Shown: one piece after another, positions 9,403 through 23,395 of the stretch | How the letters are laid out: the number at the start of each line of letters is the position of its first letter | Numbering within the stretch: the first letter of the stretch is position 1 | NCBI GenBank assembly: GCA_038227875.1 | Contig: JBBRPR010000001.1 | Location: forward strand, 128,001-192,000 | From: Planctomycetota bacterium | GTDB taxonomy: Bacteria; Planctomycetota; SZUA-567; H5-PLA8 | Length of the DNA: 64,000 bases | Direction of reading: 5' to 3' | The notes under the pieces: model-generated | Told to the model about the DNA's origin: nothing | Databases searched by the model: none | Seen by the model: only the letters and a program-made list of their open reading frames with translations | Translations under genes and position numbers: made by a program

Positions 9403-11388
9403 CTATTCCCCCGCCGCAACCGCTCCCGCCGGGAACGTCCAGTTCTTCGCGTATTTCGGATCGCGTGCGACGCCGTTCATTGGCGCGGCGAGCATCGCTT
9501 CCTTCTTCTCGAAGAGCGGGCTCTTCTCGCAGGCGTCGCAGATGAAACACGGCGTCTCGTTGTTCGGGTCGGTGTCGGTGCAGGTCAACGTCACGCGGCC
9601 CTGCTCGGCGCGCTTGAGCTCCCGCTTCAAAAACGCTTCGCTGACGGTGTCGTTGACGATCACCCACGGCAGAATTTCGTTCAAGCCGCGCTCGCGCAGC
9701 CCGAACCAGTCGGCGTCCATCTTGTAATGTTCGAACGCCGCCATCCACACGTCCAGCTTCAGATGTTCATCCCACGCGTCGAAGCGCGCGCCGTTGTGCC
9801 AGGCGTGTTCGATGATCTTGCCGATGCGCCGGTCGCCTCGGGAGAGGATGCCTTCGAGGTAGCTCGTCTCCGGATCGTGAACTTTTACTTTCACCGTTTT
9901 CACGTGCGAACTGTCGCGAATCACGTTCTGGCGGCGCTTCCATTCGTCGCGCGAGAGCATCGGCGCCCACTGAAACGGTGTGCCGCACTTCGGTACGAAA
10001 CTCGAAACACTGGCCGAAACTTTCGCGGAACGTTTGCCGAGCTTCGTGCGCTCCATGGCGATCGTGTCCGACAAGCGGCCGATGGCCTTCAGGTCCTCGT
10101 CGGTTTCGCCGGGCAGGCCGAGCATGAAGTAGAGTTTCACGTGATCGTAGCCGGCCTTGAACGCTTCACGGCAACCGGCGATCAGGTGGTCGTCGCGGAC
10201 GGGCTTGTTGATGATGTTGCGCAGCCGTTCGCTCGCGGCTTCCGGCGCGATGGTCAGACCGCCCTTGCGCACGCGGCTCATTTCCTTGGGCAGCGTGGCA
10301 AGCACGGTGCCGATGCGCAGGCTCGGCAGCGAGACGCCGACGCCGCGGTCCTCGAAATAATCGTTCAATTGCCGCGCGAGATCCGTGATGCCGAAGTAGT
10401 CGCTCGACGACAGCGAAAGCAGCCCGATTTCGTCGTAGCCGGTCTCTTCGAATCCGGCCTTGGCCAGTTCCATGACCGTTTCCGGCGAGCGCTGGCGCTG
10501 CGTGCGCGTGATCATCCCGGCCTGACAGAACCGGCAGCCGTTGACGCAGCCGCGCATGATCTCGATGGCGAAGCGCTCGTGGACGCTCTGCACCCACGGC
10601 ACGATCTGTTTGGTCGGAAACGGCGCCTTGTCGAAGTCGACGACGGTGCGGCGCTTCACTGGAAATGGCAACCGATTCTTGAGCGGGATGACGTCGGCGA
10701 TAGTGTTGTCCGGAAAATATTCGAAGCGATAGAAGCGCGGCACGTAGACGCCGGGAACTTCGCGCGTGAGGCGCAGCAGTAGCGCGTCGCGGTCCAGGCC
10801 CAGCGCTTTGAGTTCGCCGATCTTGTTCGAGACGTCGATGGCGAGTTCCTCGCCCTCGCCGATGCAGAACGCGTCGATGTAATCGGCGATCGGTTCCGGC
10901 GCAAAAGCGGTGTGCCCGCCCATGATCACGATCGGGTGTTTCATCGTCCTCTCTTCGGCTTTCAGCGGAATGCCGGCGAGATCGAGCATGGTCAGAATGT
11001 TGGTGAAGCCGCCTTCGTACGCGACGGAGAGCGCCAGCACGTCGAACTCGCTGATCGGCGTAAACGTTTCGAGCGAATAGAGCGGCACGCGCTGCTGGCG
11101 CATGCGCTGTTCCATGTCCGGCCACGGCGTGAAGACGCGCTCGCAGACGGTGTCCTCGCGCAGGTTCCAGCAGTGGTAGAGCACTTTCAGACCGAGCGAG
11201 GACATGCCCATTGCGTAGGTGTCGGGCATGCCGAGCGCGACTTTGATTTTCACCGAGGCGTGATCTTTGACGACCTGGTTGAGCTCCCCGCCGGTGTACT
11301 GAGCCGGCGTGTCCACGTGCGGCAGAATTTCCGCCTCGACCAGGCGCCGCAACGCACTGCCGCGCAAAGTGATGGGTGTAAAAGGCAT
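9403..11388 (-). CDS. B12-binding-domain radical SAM protein, TIGR03960-like
   Basis: PAQYTGGELN, PDTYAMGMS, ERVFTPWPD, EIMRGCVNGCRFCQAG (CxxxCxxC), TIAPEAASERLR, GARFDAW. Confidence 0.9.
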   Translation of the reverse strand: MPFTPITLRGSALRRLVEAEILPHVDTPAQYTGGELNQVVKDHASVKIKVALGMPDTYAMGMSSLGLKVLYHCWNLREDTVCERVFTPWPDMEQRMRQQRVPLYSLETFTPISEFDVLALSVAYEGGFTNILTMLDLAGIPLKAEERTMKHPIVIMGGHTAFAPEPIADYIDAFCIGEGEELAIDVSNKIGELKALGLDRDALLLRLTREVPGVYVPRFYRFEYFPDNTIADVIPLKNRLPFPVKRRTVVDFDKAPFPTKQIVPWVQSVHERFAIEIMRGCVNGCRFCQAGMITRTQRQRSPETVMELAKAGFEETGYDEIGLLSLSSSDYFGITDLARQLNDYFEDRGVGVSLPSLRIGTVLATLPKEMSRVRKGGLTIAPEAASERLRNIINKPVRDDHLIAGCREAFKAGYDHVKLYFMLGLPGETDEDLKAIGRLSDTIAMERTKLGKRSAKVSASVSSFVPKCGTPFQWAPMLSRDEWKRRQNVIRDSSHVKTVKVKVHDPETSYLEGILSRGDRRIGKIIEHAWHNGARFDAWDEHLKLDVWMAAFEHYKMDADWFGLRERGLNEILPWVIVNDTVSEAFLKRELKRAEQGRVTLTCTDTDPNNETPCFICDACEKSPLFEKKEAMLAAPMNGVARDPKYAKNWTFPAGAVAAGE

Positions 11389-11473
11389 GGCATGACCTCG
11401 CTTCAAATTAGGACAAAACTGCTGCGGAGTGTTATACGGGAAGGAGGGGCAATTGACGACGGAGAATTGGAGG

Positions 11474-11824
11474 CTACCGGCCCTCCATTTTCTGCGTGAT
11501 GCGGATCGCCATTTCGGATCCAAATAGCGCCACGTGTGGCGTACAGAACAAGACGGCAGGCGATTCGGTCCTCGTCATATATACAATCAATCCCAATTCC
11601 AAGCTTGCGACCAGGAACAGGGCGAAGAGAAGTAACAATGAGATATGACGCCCGCGTCGCAACGAGTTGCCAGCGATGATACTCAAGTTCAAACCGGCCG
11701 TCATAATTGTAAACGAAACGAACGCGGCCATTCCAAGTGCATAGCCAGCCAGGCCGATCAGTACAGATCCGGCAACCCCGAGCAGAAAGACATTTAGCGC
11801 CAAATCTGCCTGCTGAGTTCGCAT
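11474..11824 (-). CDS. Small membrane protein
   Basis: 116 aa with 3-4 hydrophobic segments; GGAG upstream; lower GC than neighbours. Confidence 0.6.
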   Translation of the reverse strand: MRTQQADLALNVFLLGVAGSVLIGLAGYALGMAAFVSFTIMTAGLNLSIIAGNSLRRGRHISLLLLFALFLVASLELGLIVYMTRTESPAVLFCTPHVALFGSEMAIRITQKMEGR

Positions 11825-11889
11825 AGCCGCTCCAGACTGTTATAGTGCGCGAATGTCCAACGCCAGGCAACAGGTTTCATTTACGATTG

Positions 11890-12984
11890 ATGGACAACCT
11901 CACCCACACCTTCATCGGCTGGACCCTCGCCCGCGCTGGCTTTGACCGTTTTGGCCCGTGGGCCACGCCGGTGCTGCTGGTCGCGGCGAATCTTCCCGAC
12001 GCGGAAGTTCCACTGCTCTTCGGCGACAAGGCAATGTACCTCGCGTACCACCGCGGAGTGAGCCACAGTTTTCTCGGCTTCGTGCTCGAGGCACTCGTTG
12101 TGAGCCTCGTCGTCTGCGGGATCGCGTGGGTGCGGCGGAAACGAGAGCCGGAATCGCCGCCGCCGAAATTTCTCGCGGTGATGTTCGTGGCGCTGGTCGG
12201 GCTGCTCTCACATCTGCTGCTCGATTTTCTGAACACGTACGGCGTGCGCCCACTGTTGCCATTCGATGGGCGCTGGTTCTACGGCGACATGCTCTTCATC
12301 GCCGATCCGTGGTCGTGGCTGATTCTCGGTGCAGGATTGTTGATTGGAACGCGCGCCGGCGGAGTCGTGCTGAAGATTATTGGCACGATTCTGGTCCTCG
12401 GGGCCTTCAGCGTGATGGCCTACGGCTTTCGCAACGACGTTGTCTCGCAGCACGTCTTCTTTGCCTGGATCGGACTTGCCGTGCTGGCGTTGGTGGTGAA
12501 TTTCTGGCCGCCGCGCGGCATCACACCCTCTCGCGCCGCGTGGAGCGGTCTCAGCGCGTGGACGCTTTATCTGCTCATGGCGTTCTTCGCCAGCCGCACG
12601 GCGACGGCGCGTGCGATGGAAGTTTACTTACTCAACGCGGCTCCACCGCAACCGATCATCACCAGCAGCGCCAGTTCCGCCCCGGCCGCGCCATGGCGGC
12701 ACACGGTCGTGCTGCAGACGGAGAACGAACTCTTCGTCTACGCCGTCGACGAAATCTCCGGCACCGTGGAATACAAAACCCATCTGCGGCGCAACCTCGA
12801 TTGCGCCGCCAGTCCCGCGCTCCAAAACACACGCGAATACAAAGCCTGGCAATCCTTCGCGCGACATCCCTGTTGCGAATGCAGCGACGGCATTATCACG
12901 CTCTTCGACGGCCGGTATCGTGGGTTCGGCGGCGCCGACTGGACCGCATTTCATCTACCCCAGCCAGGCGAGCGGCCGAACTAA
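11890..12984 (+). CDS. Membrane-bound metal-dependent hydrolase (YdjM/DUF457)
   Basis: MDNLTH, ANLPD, HRGVSHS, SHLLLDFLNTYG. Confidence 0.9.
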   Translation: MDNLTHTFIGWTLARAGFDRFGPWATPVLLVAANLPDAEVPLLFGDKAMYLAYHRGVSHSFLGFVLEALVVSLVVCGIAWVRRKREPESPPPKFLAVMFVALVGLLSHLLLDFLNTYGVRPLLPFDGRWFYGDMLFIADPWSWLILGAGLLIGTRAGGVVLKIIGTILVLGAFSVMAYGFRNDVVSQHVFFAWIGLAVLALVVNFWPPRGITPSRAAWSGLSAWTLYLLMAFFASRTATARAMEVYLLNAAPPQPIITSSASSAPAAPWRHTVVLQTENELFVYAVDEISGTVEYKTHLRRNLDCAASPALQNTREYKAWQSFARHPCCECSDGIITLFDGRYRGFGGADWTAFHLPQPGERPN

Positions 12985-12987
12985 GGG

Positions 12988-17857
<4,870 letters not shown>

Positions 17858-17858
17858 T

Positions 17859-18028
17859 TTCTAGTCTCACGCAAAGCCGCTAAGTCGCAAACGGCTTGCT
17901 GATTTGTATGTAAAAACGTCGGCGTGGCCCTCCGGAAATCTGCTGGAGGGTCAGAGCAATGCCTCTTCTCGTAGAACAAATTCCGTTTGCCTTTCTTTGC
18001 GTCTTTGCGGCTTTGCGTGAGATTAGAA
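17859..18028. mobile_element. MITE-like element with ~33-bp imperfect terminal inverted repeats (CGCAAAG family)
   Basis: TTCTAGTCTCACGCAAAGCCGCTAAGTCGCAAA ... TTTGCGTCTTTGCGGCTTTGCGTGAGATTAGAA; single arms at ~9367-9395 and ~44558-44586. Confidence 0.65.
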
Positions 18029-18050
18029 GCATTATTTTTGAGAAAAGACT

Positions 18051-18353
18051 ATGCATGCCGAATGCCTATTCGCAAAGCATCCCAACAAGATCCAAGGGAC
18101 TCACCCTCGCGGGTCTCGAGAGATTGTGGTGCCGATCCATAATCTGGACGACACCGGCGCGCCCGAGTTGCGTGAACCGATTCTCGATCTGAAGGGCGAG
18201 CAATGGTACGGCCCGGTGCTCCCACCGCCGGATGAGACACTATTGGTCCGCACACCCGAAGCCGCTCAACAGGAATATGGCAACGTGTGGGGCAACACGA
18301 AGCTGTACACGATCGTGTTCTCGAAAAGCGCGTGGGCGTTTAAGAGCGGGTGA
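18051..18353 (+). CDS. Hypothetical protein
   Basis: 100-aa ORF filling an intergenic gap; no recognisable motif. Confidence 0.4.
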   Translation: MHAECLFAKHPNKIQGTHPRGSREIVVPIHNLDDTGAPELREPILDLKGEQWYGPVLPPPDETLLVRTPEAAQQEYGNVWGNTKLYTIVFSKSAWAFKSG

Positions 18354-18390
18354 GCGCACTTTCCATCTGGCGCAAAGTCGAAAACGACGT

Positions 18391-18467
18391 CGGGATTCGG
18401 GATTCGGGGATTCGGGATTCGCCGAAAGCGGACGCGCAGCGAATCTCGATTCCCGAATCCCTATCCC
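18391..18467. repeat. Inverted heptamer (GGGATTC) repeat hairpin
   Basis: About four GGGATTC units, then inverted GAATCYC-like units, between convergent ORFs. Confidence 0.75.
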
Positions 18468-18472
18468 GCCGT

Positions 18473-18838
18473 TTACGACTTCTTCGGCCCCAGATCTACC
18501 GCGTCCTTCTTATCCCCGCTGGCGACAGGCAGTTTGCTGTCCAGCCATTCGGCCATGCCGCCGCTCAAGTTGACCAGGTTCTTCCAGCCGGCTTTTGAGA
18601 GCGCTGAGCAGGCGTGGACGGAGCGCACGCCGTGTTCGCAGACGATCAGCAGCTTCTTGTCGGGGTCCTTCGGAATCTCGGCGTGGCGGGTCTGGATTTC
18701 CTGGATCGGCAGCAGGTACGCGCCGGCGATGCGGTGCGAGAGGTATTCCGGTTCGGTGCGGACGTCGATGACATAACAACCGCCGGCTTTGATCAGGCCG
18801 GCGGCGGTTTCGGGCGTCACGTTTTCGTAGTCAGGCAT
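18473..18838 (-). CDS. Rhodanese-domain protein
   Basis: IDVRTEPEY, CEHGVRS active loop, LSGGMAEW. Confidence 0.92.
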   Translation of the reverse strand: MPDYENVTPETAAGLIKAGGCYVIDVRTEPEYLSHRIAGAYLLPIQEIQTRHAEIPKDPDKKLLIVCEHGVRSVHACSALSKAGWKNLVNLSGGMAEWLDSKLPVASGDKKDAVDLGPKKS

Positions 18839-18850
18839 GAATATGTCGAA

Positions 18851-20095
18851 TCAGCGTCCGCCGCCGCCCATTTCGTTCTTCGCGGCTTCCAGCGCCTTGG
18901 CGTCTTCAGCGGATTCCTGATCGGCCGGGTCGCGCGGCGTTTCGGCGTCGGGGTTGGCCTGCTGATGCGCGGCCAGACGCGCGGCCTTGTCTTCGGCTTC
19001 CGGATCGATGCCTTCGTCGAGCAGCAGCTTCTTCACCTTGGCCAGGAATTCCGGATTCGGTTCGTAGCCCAGCGTGCGGATGTCCATCAGATCGCGCCAC
19101 GCGGAGTGGAACTGATCGAGCCCGAAATGCGTGATCGCCAGGTCGTTGTAGACGCGCGGATCGCGCAGACCGCGCTTGTTCATCTTGGTGATCGACTGGT
19201 CGATGTATTCCTTGGCCATCGGCCATTCGGCGCGGCGCATGTATTCCTTGCCGATCATCCACGGCAAATCCCACAGGCGGCTTTCCTTGTCGTGCTCGAT
19301 GGCCTGCTTGTACCAGTTCTGCGCTTCGATGGTGCGGTCCATGCGCGAGTAGCAGCGGCCGATGTTCATGTACGGCTGCGGCAGCGACGAATCGAGGCCG
19401 ATGGTTTCCTTGAAGTATTCCATCGCGTCCAGGTAACGACCCTGTTCGAGCAGCGACAGTCCGAGATTGTTGCGGTAGTCGGGGACGCTGGGGTCCTTGT
19501 CGATGGCGTTGAGGAACTGCGCCTGAGCCTGGCGGTGTTCGCTGCGTCGGAGCAATTCCAGGCCGATGGTGTTGGCGGCCTGCGCGGCGAGCTTTGATGT
19601 TTCGTCGGCGCCGGTTTCGGCTTTCGCCAGGAACTCAACCTTGTTCTTGCGCCACCAGCTCATCCACATGTCGTAATTTTTGTAGCCAAAATTCTGATTG
19701 GTGATCTTCACCAGCGCGCCGTGCGCCGAGAGCATCACGTTGATATGTTCTTTGCGTTCCGGGCGCAGCACGTCGATCAGCGGTTCGACCGCTTCCGGCG
19801 AACCGAGCGCCGCGAGCATTTCGCAGGACGACTGGCGCACATCGGCGTCGGCGTCTTTCAGATTTTTGACGTGGTAGGCGACGGCCTGGGCCAGCTTTTC
19901 GCTCTTGGCTTTCGCGGCCTTCTTGGTCCGTTCCTTGTCGTCTTCCTTGCGGTCCTTGGTGACGATGTTGTGATCGAAGTCGTACTTTTCGCCCTGGTCG
20001 AACACGGGCTTTTCTTCGGCGGCGCAGTGGCTGTAAAGAGACAGCGATGCGAGTGAGAACGAGACGATGCACAGTCCCTTGCGAAGCATCACCAT
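18851..20095 (-). CDS. Secreted HEAT- and TPR-repeat protein
   Basis: Signal peptide; LKDADADVR HEAT unit, ITNQNFG...WxxWW, TPR units (NNLG, NIG). Confidence 0.8.
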   Translation of the reverse strand: MVMLRKGLCIVSFSLASLSLYSHCAAEEKPVFDQGEKYDFDHNIVTKDRKEDDKERTKKAAKAKSEKLAQAVAYHVKNLKDADADVRQSSCEMLAALGSPEAVEPLIDVLRPERKEHINVMLSAHGALVKITNQNFGYKNYDMWMSWWRKNKVEFLAKAETGADETSKLAAQAANTIGLELLRRSEHRQAQAQFLNAIDKDPSVPDYRNNLGLSLLEQGRYLDAMEYFKETIGLDSSLPQPYMNIGRCYSRMDRTIEAQNWYKQAIEHDKESRLWDLPWMIGKEYMRRAEWPMAKEYIDQSITKMNKRGLRDPRVYNDLAITHFGLDQFHSAWRDLMDIRTLGYEPNPEFLAKVKKLLLDEGIDPEAEDKAARLAAHQQANPDAETPRDPADQESAEDAKALEAAKNEMGGGGR

Positions 20096-20424
20096 GGAAA
20101 TGAAACCTCCCTTATACTCTTTGCCTACACGCGTCTAGATGTACGAAGAAAGCGGCATGATACACCCGATTTGGAGCGTCACAAGAGTGAAGGTTCCACA
20201 AAAAACACCCGTGCAGACGGTTGTGCACAATGATGGAATCGAAGAGCAATGTGTGGGTTCACCTGCATTAGTCGCGCAGGCCCGGTAGAAGATTACAAAG
20301 AAAGTGGTCAATCATTTCAAGCCTGATCGTCAACCCTCCCTTCGTGACTCCGGTTACGAAGGGAGAATCCAACCCACGGCCGCTGGCGATCCGTGCAGTT
20401 GCAAGGGTTACCCGAGGTGATCCA

Positions 20425-23388
20425 TTGATCAAGACTCTTACGGCGACAACTCTAGTATACCTCGTGCTCCTATCAGCGACGTGCGCCGCCACGGAGATTC
20501 CACCGGCGATCGTGATGACACCCGAACGCCTCGCGCAGCTCAAGCAGGGCGTCGATGCCTGGTACGTGGGCGATTCGGGGACGCAGCATTTTGAGGTCGC
20601 GTTCAACGCGCAGTCGAACACGCTCACGTTTAAGTACACCCAGGAGGTGAAGCGCAATCCCAATCAGGAAGAGTGGGATCTGAAAGGGGAGGCGGAGTTC
20701 TCCGCCGACGTTACGCCGCGGCTGATTTCTTTTCGCAGAGAAAAGCCCTACTGGCGAAAAAGCGATGCCCACGGCACGGTCAACGGCGAGACGCTCAAAG
20801 GCGTGGACTTTGACGGCGATGCGTACACGCTGCCGTATCACGGCGAACTGCTGCCGGACTTCGCGATCGGCTTCGCGGTGCTGGCGATGGACTGGAGCCG
20901 CGCTGAGAAATTCAACCTGATCACGCTCGACGTGGAAGCGCAGGACGTGCTGCCGCCGATCGCGGGTATTCCGCATCTGACACCGCCGTCCGAACGCAGC
21001 GTGAAGATTGAAAATATACAGTACAACCTGGACGAGAAGGGCGCGCTCACTGCACTTTCGAAAACCACGGGCAAGAAACACCGTTGGACGCTGGCGAAGA
21101 CGCCGCCGACACCGAGCCCGGAGACCAAAGAACCGGAGCAGGTGGACGACGCAATCACCAACGCCGCGGTCTCAAGCGTGCTCAAGAATCCGCCCGCCAC
21201 CGGGCAGATGATTCAAAACGCCAACGAACATGCATTTAAAGTAGGCGTACGCCCGGGCGATCTGTTGACAAAATACGAGGGGACGCCGCTCGACAGTTTG
21301 GACGCGCTGACCAAGGCCATCGCCGCCGCGTCGAAAGCGGGAAAGAAGACCGCGGAGATCGAGCTGCTCCGCGACGGAAAGGCGATGACGCTGCAGATTC
21401 CCGAAGGCAAGATCGGCATCGGTCCGCTGACTGTCGTCAAAGGCGTCGAGACGAATCTGGACAACGCCATGTTCGGTCCGATGGGTTACGGCCCCGGCCC
21501 GCGTCCGACGCCGACAAAGTACGAGAAACTCGCGCGCGAAAAGTGCGGCTCGCAGGTCCCGTGGAGTTCCGACTACGCCGCAGCGCTCGCGCAGGCCAAG
21601 GAGCAGCACAAAGTTCTGCTCTGGTGGGCGACGCCGATTCACGGGTCATCGATCTACCGCATCGACATCTTCGACGATTTTCTGAACGTGGGCCTGTTCA
21701 CCGATCCAGAGGTCGTGGCGTTCGTGAACACGAATTTCGTCACGTTCAAGGGACCGCTGACGCGCAAGCAGATGGACGAGTTCCATGTGGATTTCCTGAA
21801 CGCGCCGGCATTTCTGTTCGTGGGCTCGGATGGAAAGTTGATGCATTACCTCGATGGGCTGACGATGATTCAGAAGGATTTTTTTCTGGGCGAGTTCAAC
21901 GTGGTGCTCGCCAATTCGCCAGGCTTCGTAGCTAATACGGTCGAACCCTCCCCATTTGAAAAGGCAGCGCAACTCGCGAGATCCGGCACCTGGAAAGACG
22001 GCGCAGAACTCCTGTCCAAACGTGTCGATGCGGGCGCCGATGCGAAAGACTTCTCGCCGCTGACCGACCTGGCGTGGCTCTACTTTCGTTCAGCTGATTT
22101 TGACCGAGCGCTGAGTACGCTGAAATCCATGCCGACGGTCGCCACCGCTGACTCTCGTGCCGTCGAACGACTGTACGTCAATGGTGCGATCATGCTCTTC
22201 ATGAACAAGGACGATGAAGCGCGCGCGTTTTGGCAACAGGCCGCCGATAAAGATCCCAACGATCCATGGGCCTGGCGTTCAGCAGCCGAAATGGAAAATA
22301 TCGGCCCGCTGTCGCGTGGCGTGGAATCGCCGTTCTGGATTCCCGACGGAGTCATCCCGAAGGACGTGACACTCGCCACGCTGCCGCATACGACGCGTGG
22401 AGTCGCGCCAGAAGCAGATGTGAAGACTGCGGCTCGCATCGGTGTCGAATACCTGCTCGAACACCAGTCCGCCAACGGCGGCTGGAACGATACCAACTAC
22501 GACTTCGGCGGCTTGCGCGCGATGCCCAACGTCCGCACCGCCGTCACCGCGATCTGCGCCGAGGCGCTGCTGGCGCACCGCGATCTGGAACCGGCGCGCA
22601 TCGACGCCGCCTTGAATCGCGCCTTTGTCTATCTCACCGATCCCAAACACCTCACGCTGGACGACAAGAACGAAATCATCTGGCCGCACATTTATCGGCT
22701 CAACTTTTACGCCGCCTGGCTGCCCACCTGCAGCGCGGAGATGAAACCGAAGCTGCTCCAGGAAATGAAAACGATCGCCGATGGGTTGACCAAAAATCAT
22801 CTCGGCAAAACCGGCTTCTACCGACACGAATACGAGAACGATTTCGTCACCGGCTCGGTGCTGCTCTCATTGAAGCTCGTCAAGGACGCCGGCAGTCCCG
22901 TCGACACCGCCGCGATTGCCAAGTCGCTCGACGCGCTGGAAAGACTCCGCTCGCCGCGCGGCACGTTTCCCTATGCTCCCGAACCCGGCACCGGGCCAGA
23001 GCCGTGGAAAGGCAGCGCGGGTCGCACGATCAATTGCGACGCGGCGTTGCTGGCGTGGGGGCGCGGCTCAGCCGATCAATTGCGCGAAGCCATCGAGAAG
23101 TACATTCAATTCAACTTCGTCCAGGAGCGCGTGCGCAAGCAGACGTTCCATTCCGACGCGTACCGCATCGGCGGTTTCTTCTACTGGTACAACCAGCACG
23201 TCTTGAGCCAGGTGATTACGCTCACCGACCCAGCCACCGCGAAAAAAGCCGCGGCGTTCATGCGCGACATGGTGCTCGCCACCCGCGAAGCCGACGGCAC
23301 GTGGGTCGATTCGATCGAACTGGGCAAGACCTACGCGACAGGCATGGCGCTGCTGGTGCTCGAGGCGGCGAAGCGGTTTGGAAAGTGA
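20425..23388 (+). CDS. Secreted multidomain protein: PDZ + thioredoxin-like + TPR + prenyltransferase-like alpha/alpha barrel
   Basis: GVRPGDLLTKYEG..LLRDGK (PDZ); W..DYAAALAQAKEQHK (Trx-like); YLLEHQSANGGW and READGTW (QxxxGxW-like). Start uncertain: TTG 20425 follows GAGGTG; the ORF opens at 20344. Confidence 0.7.
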   Translation: MIKTLTATTLVYLVLLSATCAATEIPPAIVMTPERLAQLKQGVDAWYVGDSGTQHFEVAFNAQSNTLTFKYTQEVKRNPNQEEWDLKGEAEFSADVTPRLISFRREKPYWRKSDAHGTVNGETLKGVDFDGDAYTLPYHGELLPDFAIGFAVLAMDWSRAEKFNLITLDVEAQDVLPPIAGIPHLTPPSERSVKIENIQYNLDEKGALTALSKTTGKKHRWTLAKTPPTPSPETKEPEQVDDAITNAAVSSVLKNPPATGQMIQNANEHAFKVGVRPGDLLTKYEGTPLDSLDALTKAIAAASKAGKKTAEIELLRDGKAMTLQIPEGKIGIGPLTVVKGVETNLDNAMFGPMGYGPGPRPTPTKYEKLAREKCGSQVPWSSDYAAALAQAKEQHKVLLWWATPIHGSSIYRIDIFDDFLNVGLFTDPEVVAFVNTNFVTFKGPLTRKQMDEFHVDFLNAPAFLFVGSDGKLMHYLDGLTMIQKDFFLGEFNVVLANSPGFVANTVEPSPFEKAAQLARSGTWKDGAELLSKRVDAGADAKDFSPLTDLAWLYFRSADFDRALSTLKSMPTVATADSRAVERLYVNGAIMLFMNKDDEARAFWQQAADKDPNDPWAWRSAAEMENIGPLSRGVESPFWIPDGVIPKDVTLATLPHTTRGVAPEADVKTAARIGVEYLLEHQSANGGWNDTNYDFGGLRAMPNVRTAVTAICAEALLAHRDLEPARIDAALNRAFVYLTDPKHLTLDDKNEIIWPHIYRLNFYAAWLPTCSAEMKPKLLQEMKTIADGLTKNHLGKTGFYRHEYENDFVTGSVLLSLKLVKDAGSPVDTAAIAKSLDALERLRSPRGTFPYAPEPGTGPEPWKGSAGRTINCDAALLAWGRGSADQLREAIEKYIQFNFVQERVRKQTFHSDAYRIGGFFYWYNQHVLSQVITLTDPATAKKAAAFMRDMVLATREADGTWVDSIELGKTYATGMALLVLEAAKRFGK

Positions 23389-23395
23389 TTGTCGA

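Noticed and set aside
22420..23388. Squalene-hopene cyclase call
   Set aside because: Only QxxxGxW-like repeats of one barrel; no DxDD catalytic motif; protein appears secreted.
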